Shown one piece after another: positions 57,526 to 64,000 of a DNA stretch of 64,000 bases; position 1 is the stretch's first letter; every line of letters begins with the position of its first letter. The notes below the pieces were generated by a model, which made no database searches, had not been told where the DNA came from, and worked only from the letters and a program-made list of their open reading frames with translations. The stretch spans positions 2,718-66,717 of the forward strand of contig JAWCJE010000004.1 in NCBI GenBank assembly GCA_038853715.1, written 5' to 3'. A program made the translations under genes and the position numbers. The stretch comes from Candidatus Nezhaarchaeales archaeon (GTDB taxonomy: Archaea; Thermoproteota; Methanomethylicia; Nezhaarchaeales; JAWCJE01).

Positions 57526-57816
57526 GTGGGTTACGCGTTGAGGGTTAGGGCTCACGTATATATTAGCGGGTTAGTGCAAGGAGTATTCTTTAGGGCTTGG
57601 ACCCGGGATGAGGCGATTAAACGCGGTATTGACGGCTGGGTTAGGAATTTGCCTGACGGAAGGGTTGAAGCAGTGTTTGAAGGGGAGAAGGAGGAGGTGG
57701 AGGAAATGGTTCGATCGTGCTGGCAAGGCCCCCCAGGCGCCATGGTAAGTAGCGTTGAGGTACACTGGGAAGACTGTCGAGGAGAAGTTGGCTTTAGGAT
57801 TAAATACCGTTATTAA
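57526..57816 (+). CDS. acyP: Acylphosphatase
   Basis: [10 protein letters not shown] and [17 protein letters not shown] signatures; 96 aa. Confidence 0.75.
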   Translation: MGYALRVRAHVYISGLVQGVFFRAWTRDEAIKRGIDGWVRNLPDGRVEAVFEGEKEEVEEMVRSCWQGPPGAMVSSVEVHWEDCRGEVGFRIKYRY

Positions 57817-57978
57817 GCGGCTCTGTAGAAAGGTTAGATACTAGCGACTATTACGTCCGGTTCATCTAAGCTGGGTAATCCTAACGATACTGATGAGTCC
57901 TTTACGTTAATTCGGCTTAGAAAGCTTAATATTTAAGGTTCACTTGATGAATACTAAAGCCCTGTAGGAAGGAGGGGT

Positions 57979-59190
57979 ATGAGCGCACTACGTAGATATG
58001 CTCTCGTTATAGCGATCGTAGTGGGCTTCGTGCTAGGCTGCGTTATCGGTGCTGCTATCGGTAAGCCTGCCGCTGGATTAAAGCCTCTTGGAGACTTCTT
58101 TGTAAGGCTTCTAAGGATGCTAGTTACACCCCTCGTGATAATAACCGTATCAGCCGCGGTAGCCCGTATAGCCGATATAAAGAGGCTGGGGAAGATTGTA
58201 GTTACTACGCTGTTTATATTCTTAGTGACTTCGTTCTTAGCCGCTACGATGGGGCTTATATCGGGTTTAGCCTTCGAGCCTGGTAAAGGGCTAGGCTTAA
58301 AGCCTCCCCCAGAGTTTAAACCTCCTGCGCCTGCTACAGCCGTTGACGTCATATTGAGCCTAATACCCTTAAACTTCTCCGATATACTCGGAGTCGCAGG
58401 ACTTTTACAGGCTATAGTATTTGCGATCCTATTCGGAGTGGCGGTAGCACTTACCGGGGAAGCTGGTAAACCGGTAGTAAGAGCCCTTACAAGCCTCTCT
58501 GAAGCTATGATAAAGTTTACGATTATAATCATGTGGATAGCCCCGATAGGGGTCTTTGGATATGGCGCATGGCTTTTCGCGACGTATGGAGCCGCGCTAC
58601 TTGGAGCGTACGCTAAACTGATAGGCGCTAACTACCTTGTAGCCATCATATACTGGCTTGTATTCTACTCCTTAGTGGTGAGGGCGAGCGGTAAAAGCCC
58701 CGTACACTATTGGAGGGCGATTATCGAGCCTATAACCGTCGCTTTCACCACGAGGAGTAGTGCTGCTACCCTACCGGTCAATTTAAGGGCTGCGGAGAAG
58801 CTTGGCGTTCCTGAGCATATTAGAAACTTAGTGCTTACGGTTGGATGCACGGTGAACATGGATGGCACCGCCCTATATCAAGCTCTCTGCGCCCTATTCG
58901 TAGCTCAAGCCTATGGTATCTCCTTAGAGCCATACCTATACGGGCTTATAGCCGTAATGGCTATGCTCGGCTCCGTAGCTACGGCCGCTATTCCTGGGGG
59001 AGGGCTGATCATGCTCGCCATGGTTCTCGGCGCCGCGGGGTTACCGTTAGAGGGGATAGGCCTTATAGTCGCTATCGATCCAATACTTGACGCTTTAAGA
59101 ACCAGTATTAACGCTACGGGGGATACGGCTTATTCAACGATTATAAGTAGAATCTTCGAAGGCCCCCGATGGTGGGGAAAATCTTCATAA
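57979..59190 (+). CDS. Dicarboxylate/amino acid:cation symporter (GltP/GltPh-like, DAACS family)
   Basis: NMDGTALY and ..TRSSAATLP.. motifs; 403 aa. Confidence 0.8.
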   Translation: MSALRRYALVIAIVVGFVLGCVIGAAIGKPAAGLKPLGDFFVRLLRMLVTPLVIITVSAAVARIADIKRLGKIVVTTLFIFLVTSFLAATMGLISGLAFEPGKGLGLKPPPEFKPPAPATAVDVILSLIPLNFSDILGVAGLLQAIVFAILFGVAVALTGEAGKPVVRALTSLSEAMIKFTIIIMWIAPIGVFGYGAWLFATYGAALLGAYAKLIGANYLVAIIYWLVFYSLVVRASGKSPVHYWRAIIEPITVAFTTRSSAATLPVNLRAAEKLGVPEHIRNLVLTVGCTVNMDGTALYQALCALFVAQAYGISLEPYLYGLIAVMAMLGSVATAAIPGGGLIMLAMVLGAAGLPLEGIGLIVAIDPILDALRTSINATGDTAYSTIISRIFEGPRWWGKSS

Positions 59191-59210
59191 AAGCCTCAAC
59201 AACCACTTTA

Positions 59211-59225
59211 ACGCTCTTTTTTTAA
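59211..59225 (+). terminator. Oligo-T tract (ctcttttttt) 20 nt after the transporter stop; candidate archaeal terminator
   Basis: Run of 7 T following a C-rich stretch. Confidence 0.3.
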
Positions 59226-59470
59226 GCCTTAACTATTCCTAAGCCTTTACGTGTTAAGTTGGCTCGTACCGTTTAATCGGTTTTAAGCTTGAAGACCTCT
59301 AAACCTTAATCCAATAGTAGAAGCTGGCTGGATCAACAGTGATGCTTTAAGGCTACTACGTGAAGCTGAAGGTCCACTAGCTACATAGACGTGGTTTCAC
59401 AGTAAACCTTAAGTTCTTGATAAAGAACTTAGCGCTAGTAAGAAGTCCTTAAGGAGGGGGGTGACACAGC

Positions 59471-60583
59471 GTGGAGGTTGGTAGCTTTTCGCTCTTCTGT
59501 ACGTCCTGTTATCGAAGGTACGATCTACGCGCTACATATTGGAGGTGCCCCTCATGTTTTTCACCTCTAGAGGTAGGTATGGAGTATCCTAAGGTTAAGG
59601 ATTTTTCATCCCTTATAGATCGCAGCGAGCTTAGCCTTTGGAGGTATAAAAGCCTTATTCCATTCTCTAAGGGTAAAATCTCCCTAGGGGAAGGGTTAAC
59701 TCCGCTCATCCATCATCGTGAGGAGGGTGTAGAGCTTTACTTTAAGCTTGAATACGTATCTCCCACCGGGTCGTTTAAAGATCGAGGCGCTACTGTTGAA
59801 GTATCTAGAGCGAAAAGCATAGGGGTAAGGAGGATAGTTGAGGACTCCTCGGGGAATGCGGGGTTAGCGTACTCCGCTTATTCGGCTTTCGCCGGGATAA
59901 AAGCGAGGGTATACGTACCGCGGGATGCACCGACGGCGAAAAGGATGCTTATGAAGATGTGCGGTACGGAGGTGGTTGAATGTGAGACGAGGGAAGAGGC
60001 TGCGCAAAGAGCTATATCGGAGCTTGATGAGGGGGATCTCTACATCGGCCATACCTGGAATCCCTTCTTCTTGGAGGGGACGAAGACGGTGGCCTATGAA
60101 CTATACGAGCACGGTATTATAGGCTTCGACTCAATAGTTATACCGGTTTCAGCCGGTACTTTGCTTTTAGGGTTTTATAAAGGGTTTAAAGACCTTATGA
60201 ATATGGGCTTTATAGATCGGCTTCCAAGGCTATACGCCGTTCAAGCTGGAGGTGTTACCCCCATTTACGAGGATCTTCGTGGAGAAAAGTGGAAGGGTGA
60301 AGAAGGGACGCTTGCTGATGGGCTTAGGATTAAAGATCCGCCGAGGCGTAAAATGATTGTTAACGCGATTAAGGAATCTAATGGAAGCGTGGTCGTCGTT
60401 GGCAATACCGAGATCGTGGAGTCCATGAAGCACCTGTATAAGATGGGGTTAACGGTTGAACCGACTTCAGCCACGGCTTACGCAGCGTATAGGAGGTTAA
60501 GGAGGGAAGCTGGGTTAAGGGTCCTTATCCCGTTAACCGGGACGGGTATGAAGACCCTCGATAAGCTAATACACTTAAAGTGA
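59471..60583 (+). CDS. thrC: Threonine synthase-like PLP enzyme with N-terminal zinc ribbon
   Basis: SPTGSFKDRGA PLP-lysine motif; N-terminal CTSCYRRYDL..WRCPSCFSPLEV ribbon as in the archaeal ThrC recalled from memory. Confidence 0.65.
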   Translation: MEVGSFSLFCTSCYRRYDLRATYWRCPSCFSPLEVGMEYPKVKDFSSLIDRSELSLWRYKSLIPFSKGKISLGEGLTPLIHHREEGVELYFKLEYVSPTGSFKDRGATVEVSRAKSIGVRRIVEDSSGNAGLAYSAYSAFAGIKARVYVPRDAPTAKRMLMKMCGTEVVECETREEAAQRAISELDEGDLYIGHTWNPFFLEGTKTVAYELYEHGIIGFDSIVIPVSAGTLLLGFYKGFKDLMNMGFIDRLPRLYAVQAGGVTPIYEDLRGEKWKGEEGTLADGLRIKDPPRRKMIVNAIKESNGSVVVVGNTEIVESMKHLYKMGLTVEPTSATAYAAYRRLRREAGLRVLIPLTGTGMKTLDKLIHLK

Positions 60584-60748
60584 AGGTTAAGCTTAAAACG
60601 GCAGTTAAAACTTCATCGAGAGCTCAGCTTATATTGTAGGTGGGGCTTTAAAGCCTCTCCTCCCTTTAAGGAGTAGGCCTGGGGCTGACGAAATCTAAGG
60701 AGCCGCGTATAACTATTAAGGGGTACGTAGCCTAAAACCACCCCCTCC

Positions 60749-61144
60749 TTACCGTCGCCTCAGGTATATGCGTTCCTCGCAGCCTTCACTATAAGGCCTA
60801 ATACGGTTATAGTTTCTTTCGAAGGTCAGTGTTTTACTTATCCTCTCCAAGACGTACCTGCAGACGGGCTCAGAAACCTCCCTACAAACCTTCTTAGTGT
60901 CGAGGTTGAAGCGTAAAGCGAGCCAAAGAATGGGGCATGGGTTTCTGCAACGCGTTACGAGCTCATCCTCGCTAAGCTTCACGACTTCAACGTCCAACTC
61001 GTCCAACCTTAAAAAGCCGTAGTAGAAAAGCTTAAGGACGTCAGCCATGGAGGAAGGCCTCCGCGGTATAAGGGACCATAAAAAGCCATACAGCATGAAA
61101 ACAGCCTTTACCATAAACAATAGGATCCGCGCGAAGGCCGTCAA
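60749..61144 (-). CDS. Hypothetical Cys-containing protein (possible N-terminal TM)
   Basis: 131 aa; RCRNPCPILWL..VCREVSEPVCRYV. Confidence 0.25.
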   Translation of the reverse strand: MTAFARILLFMVKAVFMLYGFLWSLIPRRPSSMADVLKLFYYGFLRLDELDVEVVKLSEDELVTRCRNPCPILWLALRFNLDTKKVCREVSEPVCRYVLERISKTLTFERNYNRIRPYSEGCEERIYLRRR

Positions 61145-61341
61145 AGGGATGGATTCCTCCCTGAACCTTTCCCTCTAAATTGTCAGTAAGCTTGGCGGAA
61201 ACTCATGACTGGTTTAAGCTACGTAAACCTCTATCCTTTGAGCTTTAAGCGGAGAGATAATCCTTTACTTGCGTAGAGGCTAAGACGCCGCCGTAAACGT
61301 GGAGAAACCCGGCTTCAACCGAGTGAAGGGGGATGCTGCGC

Positions 61342-62634
61342 TTATAGGCTACGTATCCCTCCTATTAGGTCGCTGATTAGGTTTATTGTGGAAACCTTCC
61401 TTCTCTTCATTACGGTTCGAAGCGCCGGGTAAAGTTTTTTCGGCGTACCGTTTACCGTGTGTAGGGCGCTTAGTAAATCGCAAACTAGTTGTGGGTAAAG
61501 GTTGTAGATCCTCGGGTTTGATAGGAAGGAGGGCGCTTTCCTGAAGGCTTTAAGCTCCTTCAGGATGAAGCTATCGTTTAAGGCCTTCTCGTAGTAAGCC
61601 CCTAACACTTGTTCAGCGTAGTTGCCCTCTCCATGTGCCTTCTCTATGGCTTCAGCCGCTAAACGGCCCGATTCAACGGCGAAGTCGACACCCCTAACGG
61701 TGATACCGTTATTTAACCCTAAGCCAGCCGCGTCTCCCACTACGAGTAGATTGTTAGCGTATAGTTTAGGAACCATGCGTATACCTCCCTCAGGGATTAG
61801 GTGGGCTAGGTATTCTACGATCACACCTTCTTTAAGGAGGTTCTTCATTAGCGGGTGGAGCTTGAAGTCCTCGATCATCTCGTGGATCGGTAGCTTGCCT
61901 TCAGCTACGCTGTCTAAGTGGGCGACGACGCCGAAGGTTATGGTCTCCTTATTCGTATATAGGAAGCCCCCTCCCGGTAGCCCCTTACTCGGGTAGCCTA
62001 CGAAGAGTTGAGCCGCGCCTTCATCCCCGTGGAGGTTGAAGCGTTCCTCTATGGTTTTACTTGGTAACCTCACGACCTCCTTAACGCCTATAGCTACGTG
62101 CTCGGGTTTAAATCTACCCTTAAGCCCTAAGCCCTCAATAAGTACGGGGTTTATGCCTTCAGCGTCGATAACTACGTCCGCGTATAGCTTATCCTGGCCC
62201 GCGGCTACACCTATTGCTCCTCCCTTCTCCATCAGTATTTTATCGACTTTAACCCCAGTTATTATGAGGGCGCCTGCCTCCTCAGCCTTTTTACCGATCC
62301 ACTGCGTGAAGGAGGTTAGGTAGGCCGTGAAGCTATCGTTTGGAGGCTCCGGATGCTTAGCTGAGTAGAGTTCTACTGTTACCGCTTCATCCTCGGTCAT
62401 GAAGGTGAGGAGCTCCTTCCTAACCCAACGTTCGATGGGTGCCTCTTTACGGAATCCGGGGAATGCTTTTTCAATAGCGTAGGAGTAGATTCGACCTCCA
62501 TAAACGTTCTTTGAACCCAGGTACTTACCACGTTCAATTAAAACTGTTCTAAAGCCCTTTTTAGCGAGATGGTAAGCAACGGTTAAGCCACCTGGCCCTC
62601 CGCCGATAATGATAGCGTCAAACCTTTCCTCCAA
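61342..62634 (-). CDS. FAD-dependent oxidoreductase, FixC/ETF-QO-like (geranylgeranyl reductase superfamily)
   Basis: DAIIIGGGPGGLTVAYHLAKKGFRTVLIERG dinucleotide-binding motif; 430 aa. Confidence 0.6.
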   Translation of the reverse strand: MEERFDAIIIGGGPGGLTVAYHLAKKGFRTVLIERGKYLGSKNVYGGRIYSYAIEKAFPGFRKEAPIERWVRKELLTFMTEDEAVTVELYSAKHPEPPNDSFTAYLTSFTQWIGKKAEEAGALIITGVKVDKILMEKGGAIGVAAGQDKLYADVVIDAEGINPVLIEGLGLKGRFKPEHVAIGVKEVVRLPSKTIEERFNLHGDEGAAQLFVGYPSKGLPGGGFLYTNKETITFGVVAHLDSVAEGKLPIHEMIEDFKLHPLMKNLLKEGVIVEYLAHLIPEGGIRMVPKLYANNLLVVGDAAGLGLNNGITVRGVDFAVESGRLAAEAIEKAHGEGNYAEQVLGAYYEKALNDSFILKELKAFRKAPSFLSNPRIYNLYPQLVCDLLSALHTVNGTPKKLYPALRTVMKRRKVSTINLISDLIGGIRSL

Positions 62635-62748
62635 GCCCGTAAACCCCGCGTTAAAGGCCGTTAAAACTATCGGTTAAGGCTTTTATCTCTTCCTATTAGA
62701 AGGAGGCTTAAACTGGTTTAGCTTTAACGTTATAGCCGTACTCTTAGG

Positions 62749-63987
62749 TTAAGGATTGAAAGCTAAATTGGCTCTAAGCCTCCCTGAGGGGATACTTTTA
62801 ATGTTAGGCTCTTTGATTAAGGAGGCTACGATGCTAGCCGCTAATGATTGTATGGCTGCGAGTACCATGTAGATCCTTATCCCAGTTACACTACTTACGA
62901 AGCCGCTTATCACCGGCCCTACGACGGAGCCTAAGCTTAACGCGGTGAAAAGCCGACCCATAACCTCAGCCCTCCTCTCCGATGGGGCTAGGTCTCCGGC
63001 TAAGGCTGTTGAACTGGTTATGAGCATCGACCAGCTAACACCTAGTACGACCTGTACCGGTACGATTAGGTAGGCGTTAGGGGCTAAGGCGTAAGCTATA
63101 AACGTTAAAGCTGATAGTAGTAACGCGATCGTTAACGTAATCTTCCTTCCAAACCTATCTGAAAGCTTACCGGCTTGAACCATGAAGGCCGTTTGGGTTA
63201 CGAGGTTCACGGCGTAAATGAAGCCAATCTGGGTCTTGGATGCGCCGAGGGAGGATAGGTAAACTGAGAAGAGAGCCCATATACCTCCAGCTCCAGTATG
63301 CCTTAGGAATAGGCATAGGTAGAGGGGGGCGATGGAAGGGGTTACGATTCGAGGGGTGGAGATGGAAGGAGTAGATTTAACCGTTTCCTCATCGAGTACG
63401 TTGAATCCAGCTTTAGGCCTACTCATTATTAGGGTTACTGCCGAAACACCTACGAGGAGGGCACCCATTAGGAACGTAGCTTTAAAGCTTAACGCGTCAG
63501 CCAAAAAGCCTCCTACGAAGAAGCCTAGTAACATACCTATTGACGCGCCGCGGTTATAGATCCCCATAGCCCTCCCTCTAAATACCGGGGTGGATAATGA
63601 GGTAACCATTGCGGACGTAGCCGGTATGAAAGCCGCCCAGAATAAGCCTTGAACCGCTCTTAATACTCCCAGTTGGAGCGGGTTCTCAAAAAACGGTAGT
63701 AAAACGTTAATGACCGCTACCACTAGAAGGCCGATGAAAACTATTGGAAGCGCCTTACCTCCAGCCCTATCGAGAAGCTTGCCGAATACGTTCAACCCGA
63801 TAACGTGAAAACCGTAATAAGCGGTTGTGAGTAAGCTTATAGCTAAGAAGCCGGCCTCGACGGGTACTAGTAACTGGGTGTAAGCTATAGCTAAACCTAC
63901 ACCGGCGGACGCTAATAGGTTAGCGTATGCAATCCTACTTATTACGTCGATTTTAACGCCATCTAGGCTTGAAGCCGCTTCAACCAC
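62749..63987 (-). CDS. MFS transporter
   Basis: 412 aa, 12 TM. Confidence 0.7.
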   Translation of the reverse strand: MVEAASSLDGVKIDVISRIAYANLLASAGVGLAIAYTQLLVPVEAGFLAISLLTTAYYGFHVIGLNVFGKLLDRAGGKALPIVFIGLLVVAVINVLLPFFENPLQLGVLRAVQGLFWAAFIPATSAMVTSLSTPVFRGRAMGIYNRGASIGMLLGFFVGGFLADALSFKATFLMGALLVGVSAVTLIMSRPKAGFNVLDEETVKSTPSISTPRIVTPSIAPLYLCLFLRHTGAGGIWALFSVYLSSLGASKTQIGFIYAVNLVTQTAFMVQAGKLSDRFGRKITLTIALLLSALTFIAYALAPNAYLIVPVQVVLGVSWSMLITSSTALAGDLAPSERRAEVMGRLFTALSLGSVVGPVISGFVSSVTGIRIYMVLAAIQSLAASIVASLIKEPNIKSIPSGRLRANLAFNP

Positions 63988-64000
63988 CCCTTAATAGTAG

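Overview
64 kb window that reads as a crenarchaeal chromosome, probably Thermoproteales-like, at roughly 50% GC. The lineage call rests on a short ERCC4/XPF nuclease, a PaREP1-like gene relic, stand-alone Lrp/AsnC C-terminal domain gene pairs, a NurA-like nuclease and many VapBC and HEPN-MNT toxin-antitoxin pairs; it is an inference, not a search result.

Housekeeping and metabolic genes:
- Core enzymes: cysS, glnA, adenine deaminase, threonine synthase, myo-inositol-1-phosphate synthase, acylphosphatase.
- A dtxR-feoA-like-feoB iron-uptake operon.
- A beta-oxidation-like cluster (acyl-CoA dehydrogenase, thiolase, DUF35, enoyl-CoA hydratase, SDR, FixX-like ferredoxin).
- Several transporters (SSS, two MFS, DAACS/GltP, CDF, VIT, DUF401).

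Accessory-looking segments:
- 1-6.2 kb: a partial NurA-like nuclease divergent from a CARF-wHTH (Csa3-like) regulator, an IS903-like transposase relic, a metallophosphoesterase, XPF and an Arch_ATPase-family AAA+ protein.
- 8.1-10.2 kb: three tandem decayed retropepsin-like aspartic-protease genes next to a VapBC pair.
- 18.1-20.3 kb: a second VapBC pair with a 48-bp coding fragment duplicated upstream, an Lrp-C gene pair, and an Hsp20-like fragment.
- 26.1-27.3 kb: a HEPN-MNT pair apparently inserted at the 3' end of a CDF transporter gene whose C-terminal domain is triplicated.
- 41.7-46.7 kb: a second HEPN-MNT pair abutting a decayed paralogous copy of the XPF gene (promoter included), a THUMP-SPOUT fusion, a coiled-coil protein carrying perfect 54-bp tandem repeats, and a frameshifted PaREP1-like gene.

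No CRISPR array, tRNA or rRNA was found by eye. All family assignments come from motif reading of translated ORFs and need HMM or BLAST confirmation.
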